Part shown: positions 9,898-20,179 of the stretch, piece after piece | Layout of the letters: every line of letters begins with the position of its first letter | Numbering within the stretch: the first letter of the stretch is position 1 | Source: an uncultured Nitrospiraceae bacterium | GTDB lineage: Bacteria; Nitrospirota; Nitrospiria; Nitrospirales; Nitrospiraceae | Length of the DNA: 64,000 bases | Direction: 5' to 3' | Assembly: GCA_963730935.1 (NCBI GenBank) | Contig: CAVSTP010000002.1 | Span: 832,001 to 896,000 of the forward strand | Translations under genes and position numbers: made by a program | Notes under the pieces: generated by a model | What the model was told of the DNA's origin: nothing | Databases searched by the model: none | The model's input: only the letters and a program-made list of their open reading frames with translations

Positions 9898-9997
9898 AAC
9901 GGGACCTGTCGCCGCCTCGGGAGTCTGTCCGTCCTCACCCCGCCCGGTGTGGGGACCCCCCTGCGGCGTTCAGACTCCCGAATCGGCGCCACCCGTT
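9898..9997. repeat. ~100-bp long stem-loop element
   Basis: Nested inverted repeats AACGGG/CCCGTT, CGCCG/CGGCG and TCGGGAGTCTG/CAGACTCCCGA, directly after the M16 stop. Confidence 0.55.
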
Positions 9998-10059
9998 GTA
10001 CAATCAATCCATCGGTCGCCTGAGAGGGGACGGTGTAAGCCTAGGAATGAAGGCACAGC

Positions 10060-10899
10060 ATGCCGTTGGAAGATGATTTTTCTGACATTATTAAGAAGGC
10101 TCGCACTGGATTAAAACTCTCGGTTGGAGATGTGGCCCGGCTGACCGGCCTGCCTGGTGCGGACATCACGGCGCTGGAACGCGGGGATCAGCTGCACGAT
10201 CGGGCAGAACTCCTGGCGCTCGCCGCCGCGCTCGGACTCCGTCTGACCTCGCTGGAAGAAATTGTGCTGAATAAGTGGATTCCGCGACCGCTTCCGCTGA
10301 AGCCCGGTATCGAAACCGTGCAGGGAGAGATCAACGGGTACGCGGTGAAGGGCTACGTCGTTCATGATGCCGGTGAAGCAGTGCTCGTCGATACGGCCTA
10401 CAATGCGGAGATGATGCTAGAAATTCTCGAGGCACGCCGCCTGCGCCTGCTTGGCATCTGTCTTACTCACGGTCATGCGGACCATGCCGAAGGCATACAG
10501 CAGATCCTGCACCGGTGGCCCGTACCCGTCTATCTCGGGCCTGAGGACCTCACGCTACTCCATTGGAAACCTTCCGAACGGCAAGTTGCGAGACCCGACC
10601 ACGGCGGGACGATCCGCGTTGGCAAGTTGGAGATGCGGTGTCTTGCCACTCCCGGCCATACGGCCGGTGGCTTTTGCTATCGAGTGGAAATGCCATGGGG
10701 GCCGGTGTCGTTCGTCGGCGATACGTTGTTCGCCGGCTCGATCGGCCGATCCAATCCGGCGCAGCTCTATCATACTCATCTCGAGTCGGTGCAGCGGCAC
10801 GTGATGACCTTGCCGCCGGACTGTTTGCTGCTGCCGGGGCATGGCCCTGGGACAACGGTGCAGGAAGAACTGGAGCATAACCCCTTTTACACTCAGTAG
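10060..10899 (+). CDS. MBL-fold metallo-hydrolase with N-terminal XRE-like HTH
   Basis: THGHADH, TPGHT, GDTLF, PGHG; N-terminal KKARTGLKLSVGDVARLTGLPGADITALERG. Confidence 0.85.
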   Translation: MPLEDDFSDIIKKARTGLKLSVGDVARLTGLPGADITALERGDQLHDRAELLALAAALGLRLTSLEEIVLNKWIPRPLPLKPGIETVQGEINGYAVKGYVVHDAGEAVLVDTAYNAEMMLEILEARRLRLLGICLTHGHADHAEGIQQILHRWPVPVYLGPEDLTLLHWKPSERQVARPDHGGTIRVGKLEMRCLATPGHTAGGFCYRVEMPWGPVSFVGDTLFAGSIGRSNPAQLYHTHLESVQRHVMTLPPDCLLLPGHGPGTTVQEELEHNPFYTQ

Positions 10900-10922
10900 A
10901 GGCAACGCTGTAGGCAGGCCCA

Positions 10923-11894
10923 ATGGACCATCCGATGGGCGAGCACAGGCTTTCCGGTGGAACGGACGGAGGAAAAATGCCGTCCGATGTTCTTCCTTCA
11001 GACAATCTCTCTGATGGCCATGCGGAAGAGGAATCAAGCTTCTCGCGTTGGACATTGCCGCTCTTCTTGTTTGCTCTGACGGTCTTCACGACGTTGTGGG
11101 CCGGCGCCTATCAAGCGTACAGCGGCACTATCCGGGGGCCGGTGGCCTTTTTGTGGGAACATCCCGAGATGTTGCCAAGGGGGATTCCGTTTGCAGGCAC
11201 GTTGCTCTTCATCCTCCTCACCCACGAATTTGGCCACTTCATCCTCTCGAAGATCCACCGCGTGCCCGCGTCACTGCCGCTGTTCATCCCGGGGCCGCCT
11301 CATTTTATCGGGACCTTCGGCGCCATCATCCGGATGCGTGGGCCCATTCTGAACCGGCGTGCCCTGTTCGACATCGGGGTGGCGGGTCCGCTGGCCGGCT
11401 TTGCGGTTGCCCTGGTGGCGCTGGTGGTGGGGCTCTTCCTCTCGACCGTCGTGGACCGGACCTCGACGTTCGGCTTGCAGTTGGGCGAGCCGCTGCTCCT
11501 CAAATTGATGGCGTGGCTGATTGTCGGTCCGTTACCGCCGCAAGCCGATGTCCTGCTGCATCCGGTCGCGTTTGCCGCTTGGTTCGGGCTCTTTGTGACG
11601 TCCTTGAATCTCATCCCCATAGGCCAGCTCGATGGCGGGCACGTGGCCTATGCCCTGTGGGGGAACCGCCAGCGGACGATGGCCTTTGCCGTCATTCCGC
11701 TGTTGATCATGCTGGGATTCGTCGGATGGCCTGGGTGGTTCATCTGGGCGTTCATGGCGGGTGTCTGGGGCCTCGGTCATCCGCCGGTCGTTGATCCCCA
11801 GGTCCCGCTGGGACGGGGCAGAGTGCTGGTCGGGTGGATAGCGTTCGCTGTCTTTGTGCTGACCTTCGCCCCCGTTCCGTTCTCCTTCCACTAG
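10923..11894 (+). CDS. Site-2 protease (M50) family
   Basis: HEFGH, AGPLAG, NLIPIGQLDGGH; multiple TM segments. Confidence 0.9.
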   Translation: MDHPMGEHRLSGGTDGGKMPSDVLPSDNLSDGHAEEESSFSRWTLPLFLFALTVFTTLWAGAYQAYSGTIRGPVAFLWEHPEMLPRGIPFAGTLLFILLTHEFGHFILSKIHRVPASLPLFIPGPPHFIGTFGAIIRMRGPILNRRALFDIGVAGPLAGFAVALVALVVGLFLSTVVDRTSTFGLQLGEPLLLKLMAWLIVGPLPPQADVLLHPVAFAAWFGLFVTSLNLIPIGQLDGGHVAYALWGNRQRTMAFAVIPLLIMLGFVGWPGWFIWAFMAGVWGLGHPPVVDPQVPLGRGRVLVGWIAFAVFVLTFAPVPFSFH

Positions 11895-11932
11895 CCGGCC
11901 TACGCTGGCGGTCGCTTCCCCTTCCATGACGA

Positions 11933-12517
11933 TCACGGCCGTTCCAACAATGGCGGACCAAGCGGCACGAGCTGGCGACCGGTGAAGGCTTGGGTCAGAC
12001 TGGCAACGGCATGGTAGAAGGCCATGGAGCCGACGGCGATGTGGAGTAAACCAGGGAGGGTTTCGTTTATGAGTCCCAGGCGCGCGAGAACCGTGCAAGA
12101 AAAGCTCATCGTGATAATGAGGTGAAGAAGGCAGAGCGTCGTGTTGCGGTATGCCGTCAGATATACCATGACGACGGAAAAGGCTGCGTACACGAAATCG
12201 ATTGGTGCGTAGAGCACCATGTCGAGGTGAAACGACGTGCTCTCGCTGACCAGTTTGGCAGTACAAACGGTCAGCCAAAAAAATCCGTACATGGTCAGCG
12301 CAGTGCCGCCCAGTTGCTCGTGATAGCGGATATCTGTGATGCCGGCCAGGATCTGCACGATACCGCCGAACATCATCGCGATGACCAATGTGCCGACTTT
12401 GTTCGATTCAGGGATTGCACCGACCTGCGCGACGCCAAGGGTCAAGGCTCCCACGGCAAGACCAAACAATCCAATCGCCAGCACATCGATGCGCCTCCGG
12501 TATTCTTCGTCGTGCAT
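11933..12517 (-). CDS. Acetate uptake transporter family (GPR1/FUN34/YaaH, SatP-like)
   Basis: LAIGLFGLA, FGGIVQILAG, TALTMYGFFW; about 6 TM segments; GGGGAGG RBS before ATG 12517. Confidence 0.8.
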   Translation of the reverse strand: MHDEEYRRRIDVLAIGLFGLAVGALTLGVAQVGAIPESNKVGTLVIAMMFGGIVQILAGITDIRYHEQLGGTALTMYGFFWLTVCTAKLVSESTSFHLDMVLYAPIDFVYAAFSVVMVYLTAYRNTTLCLLHLIITMSFSCTVLARLGLINETLPGLLHIAVGSMAFYHAVASLTQAFTGRQLVPLGPPLLERP

Positions 12518-12664
12518 AAGTTTCCTCCCCAGCTGTACTGCATTAAGTGCAAACTGATGGCCCAGGCAAAGTGGCGCCGAGCATGCCTTAAGGACTATTG
12601 AAAAGACAAGCGGCATTCGGCAGACTCTGCAGTCATGAGGCGATCGCCGGAAGGAGGGTCCACG

Positions 12665-13147
12665 ATGCAGACGCAAGGGCACAGGTCGGTGCGTCTGTGG
12701 TCGGCAGGCATCTTGTGCGTGGCCTTGTTGTCCTTGCCTCGCCCCGGCCTTGCCGAGAAAAGCGGTGATCGTTTCACCCTCGTGATGAATGGCGCGGCCG
12801 TCAAAGATAATCAAACCGGATTGATTTGGGAGCAGGAACCTGATCGGGAGCATGACGTCTGGAGTCGTTCCAATGAACGCTGTGCGGCCAAGGACGTGGG
12901 CGGACAGAAAGGATGGCGCGGACCCACGGTGGAAGAACTTAAGACCCTGATCGATCCTGCCCAGCGCGATCCGTCGCTTCCACTAGGCCATCCCTTTTCG
13001 AATATCAAGTCCGAAATCTATTGGACGAGTACGCCAGATCCCAAGGACGACATCGTGGCCTGGCAGGTGAGTTTTTTCAGCGGCGAACCGGTCACGGATC
13101 AGAAATCGGGTACCCGCCGGATGTGGTGTGTACTGACCCTCCGTTGA
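12665..13147 (+). CDS. DUF1566 (Lcl C-terminal-like) exported protein
   Basis: VKDNQTGLIWEQ, GWRGPTVEELKTL, YWTST, WCV; AGGAGG RBS; signal peptide. Confidence 0.8.
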   Translation: MQTQGHRSVRLWSAGILCVALLSLPRPGLAEKSGDRFTLVMNGAAVKDNQTGLIWEQEPDREHDVWSRSNERCAAKDVGGQKGWRGPTVEELKTLIDPAQRDPSLPLGHPFSNIKSEIYWTSTPDPKDDIVAWQVSFFSGEPVTDQKSGTRRMWCVLTLR

Positions 13148-13163
13148 AGTGAGGGGCTCGATG

Positions 13164-14843
13164 TTAATCGAGTCTTTCCCGATCCCGCTTCCTTTTCCAG
13201 ACATTCGCTAACGACGCCAGCTTGGCTCGTGCCGACTGGTGCTCATCGGCAAGGGTTTCCAGGGAATCGGATAGCCGCCTGGATTTCAGCACCGTGTAGA
13301 AGGTGAGGCCGATGGCCAGAATCAAGATGATCAAGAAATAAAAAATCCGTGTCAGGGGCGGCTCATCGGTCACCAGAAACAAGTTCATACCCCAAAAACC
13401 AGTGGTCGCCACGCCGATCAAACCCATGGTGGCCACCACGGTGAGGCGCACCATGGTCTCACCCTGTCGGCGCAAAGCCTCGCTGTCGAGATACTGGCTC
13501 ATGTCTTCAAGCTCCGACCTGAGTTCCTCATAGAGGCGATCGGTGCCAAGATGGTCGCTGATCATTCGATAGAGCTCCTTCACTTGCCCATGATCCGAAA
13601 CCTGATGGGACCAATAGCGGTGGCTGAAGCGCAGAAAGACACCCAAGGTGTGTCGAATGACGGCTCGGAACCGTCGCACGGAGTCTCGCTTCGTGATATC
13701 CAAGTTATTCGTCGCATCCACCAGACGATCGGCGAGCATCAGCAGGGCTGCCTTGTGAAAGTGAGGGATCAGGAACAAAAGGAAATATTCGTGCCGGAAC
13801 TGCTCAAGGTCTGTTTTTCGGTCCACGAATAGGCGCTCGCCGCAATCACCCACCATCGTGAATACGCGTCCGGTGCACATGAAGCGAGTCCCCGGATGCT
13901 CCAGTCCTTCTCCGTTCCAGTACCGGTCGTAGCAATAGCGCTCTTCAAAGTCCTGCAAGTAACGCTTGGAATAGGGGAGCGATTCGGGCGTGCCAGGTGC
14001 GGTCGCGAGCCCCAGCCGCACGAACTCTTCGCGGGTCAACGCTCCCGGATCATCCATCACGAGGTAGGCCATCACTGACATTAGGTGGTATTCAATCTGG
14101 CGGTATCGGAGGAGACCTTTCTTCCCGGAATGGTGAAGCACGAGCGGTTCGAGCAAAAATTCCCAATGAGAGGCGAGACTCGGTGCTCGATACCGGCAAG
14201 CGAACGAGAGGTATTTCTCACGGTTCTCATAATCGGATACGGCCAGCACCTTCTCTTCGGATGAGAGCCATTCCACCTGCTTGGGGCAGTGGCCTCCGTG
14301 CCCGTCTGGTTCCCAGTACGTGGGATAACAGCGGCCCAGCCGGAACAGCGCGTTCTGCGCCTGCGGCAACGGCAGATCGTCCGCAAACACCTCGACGACG
14401 AGAATCGCCACGTCGATGTCATAGAAGAAATACAGGTCCACATGCGCCACACTGAGGGTCACGGGGACGGTACGGGAGCCGGGGAACGTGACCCGTACCT
14501 TGGCGACATCGCAGCGACGAAATACACGGATGCAGGACTCCTGCTCGACGTCCCTGTCGCCCCCTTTGCCTTCTCCGTAGAGGAACCGTTGGACGTAGGG
14601 GAGGAATGTGACGAACTCGCTGTAATGCCGTTCTTGAAATTGATGAGGGTCGCCCGTGAACTCGTCCGCCAATTCGCGCCATGGATTGTCTTTGTCAGGA
14701 GTTTGCAGCCGCTCCCAATGTTTCTGAATCGGGGCGCCTTCGCGGATCGGCATTAACTGGATGGGCCAAAGCAGAATCTGTCGGAAGTGACGGACCGATT
14801 TATCGCTCGGATGAACCGTGGTAGCGGACATACCTGACTCCAT
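13164..14843 (-). CDS. CorA-superfamily divalent cation transporter-like protein with long N-terminal domain
   Basis: Two C-terminal TM helices with TGFWGMN (GMN signature). Confidence 0.65.
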   Translation of the reverse strand: MESGMSATTVHPSDKSVRHFRQILLWPIQLMPIREGAPIQKHWERLQTPDKDNPWRELADEFTGDPHQFQERHYSEFVTFLPYVQRFLYGEGKGGDRDVEQESCIRVFRRCDVAKVRVTFPGSRTVPVTLSVAHVDLYFFYDIDVAILVVEVFADDLPLPQAQNALFRLGRCYPTYWEPDGHGGHCPKQVEWLSSEEKVLAVSDYENREKYLSFACRYRAPSLASHWEFLLEPLVLHHSGKKGLLRYRQIEYHLMSVMAYLVMDDPGALTREEFVRLGLATAPGTPESLPYSKRYLQDFEERYCYDRYWNGEGLEHPGTRFMCTGRVFTMVGDCGERLFVDRKTDLEQFRHEYFLLFLIPHFHKAALLMLADRLVDATNNLDITKRDSVRRFRAVIRHTLGVFLRFSHRYWSHQVSDHGQVKELYRMISDHLGTDRLYEELRSELEDMSQYLDSEALRRQGETMVRLTVVATMGLIGVATTGFWGMNLFLVTDEPPLTRIFYFLIILILAIGLTFYTVLKSRRLSDSLETLADEHQSARAKLASLANVWKRKRDRERLD

Positions 14844-14926
14844 CCCTGCATTCTAATACCGCATACCACCTCTCGTTGTCGACGCTCCACGCTGTCATAC
14901 CCCTGCTGTTCCACTCCTGACGTCCA

Positions 14927-15091
14927 TTTTTACTGAATTTTGATGTTCTGGGCTGACGGTTTAATCCGGCTTTGATGCACCTTTGGATAGAGTACGTCGA
15001 GGGGCAAAAGGGGCAAAAGGATGAAGCAGCTATGACACTCGTGATCCTGGGCTCTGAGAAAACGTCCTAGTGATTTTGACGCCGTTTTTAC
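14927..15091 (+). promoter_or_regulatory. Putative KdpE boxes
   Basis: T-rich half-site pairs at 11-bp period: TTTTTAC/TTTTGAT (14927/14938), GTTTAAT/CTTTGAT (14959/14970), TTTTGAC/TTTTTAC (15074/15085), upstream of kdp. Confidence 0.55.
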
Positions 15092-15135
15092 GCGGCATTT
15101 GGTAGCGTTCGATCGCCGCCAAGGAGACCTGATGC

Positions 15136-15216
15136 ATGGATTTTCTCCTACTCAGCCTGGGAATCGGATTTTTTCTTCTATCAGCATGGTTGATCTTCGC
15201 GTTAGACCGCCTCTAG
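15136..15216 (+). CDS. 26-aa hydrophobic peptide preceding kdpF
   Basis: MDFLLLSLGIGFFLLSAWLIFALDRL; AAGGAG upstream. Confidence 0.7.
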   Translation: MDFLLLSLGIGFFLLSAWLIFALDRL

Positions 15217-15226
15217 AGGCTTGCTC

Positions 15227-15316
15227 ATGAACTCCATGTATGTGATCGGCGGAATCCTCTCATTAGGTCTGATGATCTATCTTCTCGTCGCCTTGCTCAA
15301 GCCGGAGAAATTCTGA
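15227..15316 (+). CDS. kdpF: K+-transporting ATPase subunit F
   Basis: MNSMYVIGGILSLGLMIYLLVALLKPEKF; TGA overlaps the kdpA ATG. Confidence 0.92.
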   Translation: MNSMYVIGGILSLGLMIYLLVALLKPEKF

Positions 15317-17112
15317 TGAGCCTCAATGGTCTGGTCCAGATCATGTTCTATTTCATTGTCCTGTTGGGACTGGCAAAACCATTAGGGCGGTACATGGCCC
15401 GCGTGTACGAAGGTCGGCCCTGCGGCTTGGACCGGATCCTTTCCCCGGTGGAACACCTCATCTACCGCCTGTGCGGGGTTCATCATGCTGATGAAATGGA
15501 TTGGAAGGCATACGGTATGGCCATGGTGTTCTTCAATGCGGCAGGGCTATTCACGCTCTACCTTCTCCAGCGGGTTCAAGGTCTCCTCCCGCTGAACCCT
15601 TCCTCACTCGGCATGGTGGGGCCTGACCTCGCCTTCAATACGGCAGCGAGCTTTGTGACCAATACCAATTGGCAATCCTACGGTGGCGAAACGACGCTCA
15701 GTTACCTCACGCAAATGCTGGGTTTGACGGTCCAAAATTTCGTGTCCGCCGCGACCGGGATGGCCATTTTGGTGGCGCTCATTCGCGGACTCGCCCGGCG
15801 GAATGCGCACACCATCGGCAACTTCTGGGCTGATCTCACGAGGAGCACCCTCTACATATTGTTGCCGCTCTCCCTGGTATTGGCTCTTATCCTCGTGTCC
15901 CAAGGCGTAGTGCAGACGTTCGGGGCCTATGAAACTGCCACGATGATGCAACCGGTCACGTTCGACAAACCGATCATGGATACGAGCGGGCAACCGGTAT
16001 TGGATGAACATGAGAAGCCAAAAACCGAGTCTGCAACGACGAAGTCACAGGTCTTAGCAATTGGCCCCGTCGCCTCGCAGATTGCCATCAAGCAACTAGG
16101 TACGAACGGTGGTGGCTTTTTCAATGTCAATTCTGCGCACCCGTTTGAGAATCCGACGCCGCTCTCCAATTTCCTCGAGATGCTGGCCATCCTCCTGATT
16201 CCAACAGCGCTCTGTTACACCTTTGGAGTGATGGTCGGGGACACGCGCCAGGGATGGGCCCTGCTTGCGGCCATGACCATAATCTTAATCGCCATGCTTG
16301 GGCTGGCCCTGTGGGCCGAGCAAGAGGGCAATCCTGCCCTAACCGCGATCGGAGTCGATCAGGCAGTAAGCGGCAGGCAGCCGGGCGGGAACATGGAAGG
16401 TAAAGAAGCCAGATTTGGAGTGGTCAACTCCGTCCTATGGGCCGCTGCGACTACGGGCGCATCCAACGGCTCCGTCAATTCCATGCTTGATTCCTACACT
16501 CCGTTGGGCGGGCTGGTTCCGCTTTTTCTGATGCAGTTTGGAGAGGTCGTGTTCGGAGGGGTGGGATCGGGGCTCTATGGCATGATCGTGTTCGCAATCA
16601 TTGCCGTGTTCATCGCGGGATTAATGGTCGGCCGAACCCCGGAGTATCTTGGGAAAAAAATTGAACCGTATGAAATGAAGATGGCCTCGCTACTCATTCT
16701 CATCATGCCCATCATCGTGTTAGGGCTGACGGCGGTTGCGGTGCTCACCGAACTCGGCACCTCTTCCAGGCTCAATCCCGGAGCGCATGGATTCAGCGAG
16801 ATCCTCTACGCCTACACTTCACAGGGAAACAATAACGGCAGCGCCTTTGCCGGTCTCAATGCCAACACACCCTTTTACAACATCACCGGCGGGATCGCGA
16901 TGCTGGTCTCCCGCTTTTGGTTGGCTCTGCCGACACTTGCGCTCGCCGGTGCTTTGGCGAGAAAAAAGAATATCCCGCCAGGGGTGGGCACTTTGCCGAC
17001 CCACACACCGCTCTTTGTCGCACTGCTGATCGGCGTGATTATCATGGTCGGAGCGTTGACATTCGTGCCCGCACTGGCCCTTGGACCAATTGTTGAACAT
17101 TTGTTGATGTGA
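15316..17112 (+). CDS. kdpA: K+-transporting ATPase subunit A
   Basis: SFVTNTNWQSYGGE, KQLGTNGGGFF, GRTPEYLGKK, NNGSAFAG. Confidence 0.98.
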   Translation: MSLNGLVQIMFYFIVLLGLAKPLGRYMARVYEGRPCGLDRILSPVEHLIYRLCGVHHADEMDWKAYGMAMVFFNAAGLFTLYLLQRVQGLLPLNPSSLGMVGPDLAFNTAASFVTNTNWQSYGGETTLSYLTQMLGLTVQNFVSAATGMAILVALIRGLARRNAHTIGNFWADLTRSTLYILLPLSLVLALILVSQGVVQTFGAYETATMMQPVTFDKPIMDTSGQPVLDEHEKPKTESATTKSQVLAIGPVASQIAIKQLGTNGGGFFNVNSAHPFENPTPLSNFLEMLAILLIPTALCYTFGVMVGDTRQGWALLAAMTIILIAMLGLALWAEQEGNPALTAIGVDQAVSGRQPGGNMEGKEARFGVVNSVLWAAATTGASNGSVNSMLDSYTPLGGLVPLFLMQFGEVVFGGVGSGLYGMIVFAIIAVFIAGLMVGRTPEYLGKKIEPYEMKMASLLILIMPIIVLGLTAVAVLTELGTSSRLNPGAHGFSEILYAYTSQGNNNGSAFAGLNANTPFYNITGGIAMLVSRFWLALPTLALAGALARKKNIPPGVGTLPTHTPLFVALLIGVIIMVGALTFVPALALGPIVEHLLM

Positions 17113-17142
17113 GGGTGCAGTTCGGTACTGCGGAATCTGTCT

Positions 17143-19266
17143 ATGACGACACAAATAGGCTCCCACAAGACTCACGCTCTGTTTGAGCCGATCATCATCA
17201 GACAGGCGATCATCGATGCCTGCCGGAAGCTCGCTCCACGTCACCAGATCAAGAATCCGGTCATGTTTGTCGTGTGGGTCGGCAGCGTCCTGACTACGCT
17301 CCTTTTTCTGCAAGCGGTCATTGGGTTTGGCGAAGCGCCAGCCGGTTTCATTCTGTCTATCGCGCTGTGGCTCTGGTTCACCGTGCTTTTTGCCAACTTG
17401 GCCGAGGCCATGGCGGAAGGACGGGGCAAGGCGCAGGCGGAGTCCCTACGGCGATCTCGTCAGGAACTCACTGCCAAGAAGCTCGGCACAGTCGAATCCG
17501 CACGCGAGCCCCACACGGTCTGGAGTCGGAAACTCAACCGGTCTGGCGCGTTCAGCGTCGTGTCCGTGAATGAGTTGAAAAAGGGCGACGTCGTCCTCGT
17601 TGAAGCAAACGATATTGTCCCCGCCGACGGGGAAGTCATTGAAGGAGTTGCTTCCGTGAACGAGAGCGCGATCACGGGTGAAAGTGCACCGGTGATACGG
17701 GAAAGCGGCGGTGACCGCAGCGCCGTCACGGGAGGGACGAAGGTCCTTTCTGATTGGCTCGTCATTTGCGTGACCGCCAGTCCGGGGGAGAGTTTCCTTG
17801 ACCGCATGATTGCCATGGTGGAAGGAGCGAAGCGTCAGAAGACGCCGAACGAAATTGCGCTGAATATTCTCCTGGCCGCCCTCACGATCATCTTTCTCCT
17901 GGCGACCGTCACCTTGCTGCCATTTTCCTTATATAGCGTGGCAGCCGCTGGTCAAGGTTCACCCATCACCGTCACCGTTCTGATCGCTCTTCTGGTGTGC
18001 CTCATCCCGACGACGATCGGCGCGCTGCTCTCTGCGATTGGAATAGCAGGCATGGACCGCATGGTACAAGCCAATGTCATTGCCATGTCCGGAAAAGCCG
18101 TCGAGGCGGCCGGCGATGTGGATGTGCTGTTGTTGGACAAGACCGGCACGATTACATTGGGCAACCGCCAGGCGACGATGTTTCTACCGGCCGAAGGGGT
18201 CTCGGATCAGGCATTGGCGGACGCATGCCAGCTGTCGTCGTTGGCCGATGAAACACCGGAAGGCCGAAGCATTGTGGTGCTTGCAAAGGAAAAGTACGGA
18301 TTACGTGCACGCGACATACACGAACTGGGCGCCACATTCATGCCCTTTACTGCGCAGACACGCATGAGCGGCGTCAACATGGATAGCCGGGAAATCCGGA
18401 AGGGATCAGCCGGTGCCATCGAATCATACGTGACGAGGCAAGCGGGCCACTTTTCCCATTTTGTTCGCCTCAATGTCGAGACGATTGCCAAGCAGGGCGG
18501 CACACCGCTGGTGGTCGCAGAAGGGGGCAAAGTCCTCGGAGTCATTGCGCTGCAGGACATCGTCAAGGGGGGGATCAAAGAGCGGTTCGGTGAATTGCGT
18601 CAGATGGGAATCAAGACGGTGATGATCACCGGCGACAACCCGCAGACGGCGGCCGCAGTTGCGGCTGAGGCCGGCGTCGACGATTTTCTCGCCGAGGCCA
18701 CGCCGGAAGCCAAGCTGAAATTAATTCGCGACCTCCAAGCCGAGGGACGGCTTGTCGCGATGACGGGAGACGGGACCAACGACGCTCCGGCATTGGCACA
18801 AGCCGACGTCGCCGTGGCGATGAATACCGGGACGCAAGCGGCCAAGGAAGCGGGCAACTTGGTGGATCTGGACAGCAATCCCACGAAGTTGATTGAAATC
18901 GTGGAAATTGGGAAACAGCTGCTGATGACCAGAGGGGCATTGACGACCTTCAGTATCGCCAACGATGTGGCGAAGTACTTTGCGATCATTCCGGCTGCGT
19001 TTGCGACGACGTACCCGGTCCTGAACGAGTTGAACGTCATGCATCTGGCGACCCCTCAAAGTGCGGTCCTGTCTGCGGTCATTTTTAACGCATTGATCAT
19101 TATCGGGCTCATTCCGCTTGCCCTGAAAGGCATCAGCTATCGTCCCATCGGCGCCGGTCCGTTGCTACGACGACACCTTCTGATCTACGGCGCTGGCGGC
19201 ATCGTGGTCCCATTTATTGGCATCAAGTTGATCGACATGCTGTTGGTCGCATTGCATTTGATCTGA
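17143..19266 (+). CDS. kdpB: K+-transporting P-type ATPase subunit B
   Basis: [29 protein letters not shown]. Confidence 0.98.
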   Translation: MTTQIGSHKTHALFEPIIIRQAIIDACRKLAPRHQIKNPVMFVVWVGSVLTTLLFLQAVIGFGEAPAGFILSIALWLWFTVLFANLAEAMAEGRGKAQAESLRRSRQELTAKKLGTVESAREPHTVWSRKLNRSGAFSVVSVNELKKGDVVLVEANDIVPADGEVIEGVASVNESAITGESAPVIRESGGDRSAVTGGTKVLSDWLVICVTASPGESFLDRMIAMVEGAKRQKTPNEIALNILLAALTIIFLLATVTLLPFSLYSVAAAGQGSPITVTVLIALLVCLIPTTIGALLSAIGIAGMDRMVQANVIAMSGKAVEAAGDVDVLLLDKTGTITLGNRQATMFLPAEGVSDQALADACQLSSLADETPEGRSIVVLAKEKYGLRARDIHELGATFMPFTAQTRMSGVNMDSREIRKGSAGAIESYVTRQAGHFSHFVRLNVETIAKQGGTPLVVAEGGKVLGVIALQDIVKGGIKERFGELRQMGIKTVMITGDNPQTAAAVAAEAGVDDFLAEATPEAKLKLIRDLQAEGRLVAMTGDGTNDAPALAQADVAVAMNTGTQAAKEAGNLVDLDSNPTKLIEIVEIGKQLLMTRGALTTFSIANDVAKYFAIIPAAFATTYPVLNELNVMHLATPQSAVLSAVIFNALIIIGLIPLALKGISYRPIGAGPLLRRHLLIYGAGGIVVPFIGIKLIDMLLVALHLI

Positions 19267-19270
19267 GGCA

Positions 19271-19378
19271 GGATGATGAAAAAGGCCGCTGGCGTCGTTC
19301 TCAGCGCGCCAGAATCCTCAACGTACCTCAGAGAGTACGCCTGCGGTTCTGGGCTTCGCCTGCGACATTTGATCATCC
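19271..19378. repeat. Second, degenerate copy of the palindromic repeat family, inserted between kdpB and kdpC
   Basis: GGATGAT...ATCATCC termini; GTTCTC...CTCAACGTACC...GTACGCCT core as at 2376..2497. Confidence 0.65.
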
Positions 19379-19406
19379 ATAGGTCGTATACAGACGGGAG
19401 AGACAC

Positions 19407-19982
19407 GTGATAGAGCACATAAGACCTGCGCTGGCTATGTTGGTGATTTGGACCGTGCTCACCGGGCTGATGTATCCACTCGCGGTCACAAGTCTAGCTC
19501 AGCTGCTTTTCCCACATCAGGCTAACGGCAGCCTGGTTGTTCGTAATGGACAGGTCATCGGATCCGAACTCATTGGACAGTACTTTGATCAACCAAAGTA
19601 TTTTTGGAGCCGTCCATCGGCGACCTCGCCATTTCCCTACAATGCGGCTGCCTCCAGTGGGTCGAACCTCGGGCCTACCAATCCGGCCTTGATCGAAGCG
19701 GTCAAAGGGAAAGTTGCCGCCTTACGAGCAGCGGAGCCGGCCAACGACAATCCTATCCCTGTGGACCTCGTGACTGCCTCGGGAAGCGGGCTTGACCCTC
19801 ACATCAGCATCGCCGCGGCGGCGTTCCAGGTGAGGCGTGTCGCCCGCGCAAGAGGTCTGGAGGAAGGGGCAGTGGAACGGTTGGTCATGCAATGCATCGA
19901 AGGTCGCCAATTCGCGCTGCTTGGGGAATCGCGGGTAAACGTACTGAAGTTGAATCTTGCTCTCGACATGCCACCGTCCTGA
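19407..19982 (+). CDS. kdpC: K+-transporting ATPase subunit C
   Basis: [38 protein letters not shown]. Confidence 0.97.
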   Translation: MIEHIRPALAMLVIWTVLTGLMYPLAVTSLAQLLFPHQANGSLVVRNGQVIGSELIGQYFDQPKYFWSRPSATSPFPYNAAASSGSNLGPTNPALIEAVKGKVAALRAAEPANDNPIPVDLVTASGSGLDPHISIAAAAFQVRRVARARGLEEGAVERLVMQCIEGRQFALLGESRVNVLKLNLALDMPPS

Positions 19983-20179
19983 ATGGTTATAGTTCGCGAT
20001 CCAACCACACATTTTTAAGCTGTCCGACTCCAGGGCGCTGCCCCATACAGAGGAAAGAGTGATGAGCCTTCTCTCAGAGACACCATAGGCCGTCACATCT
20101 TATAATGTGGCCAGAATAGTTTGCATAAAACCTCGCGGAAAATGACACTCTAGCCCCTCAGTGCGGGTTTGAGAACTCC

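Noticed and set aside
12548..12563. Possible sigma54 promoter GGGCCATCAGTTTGCA for the SatP-like gene
   Set aside because: Spacing fits but the -24 element is weak; insufficient support
12518..12853. Long N-terminus of the SatP-like ORF
   Set aside because: Overlaps the DUF1566 gene; strong RBS before ATG 12517
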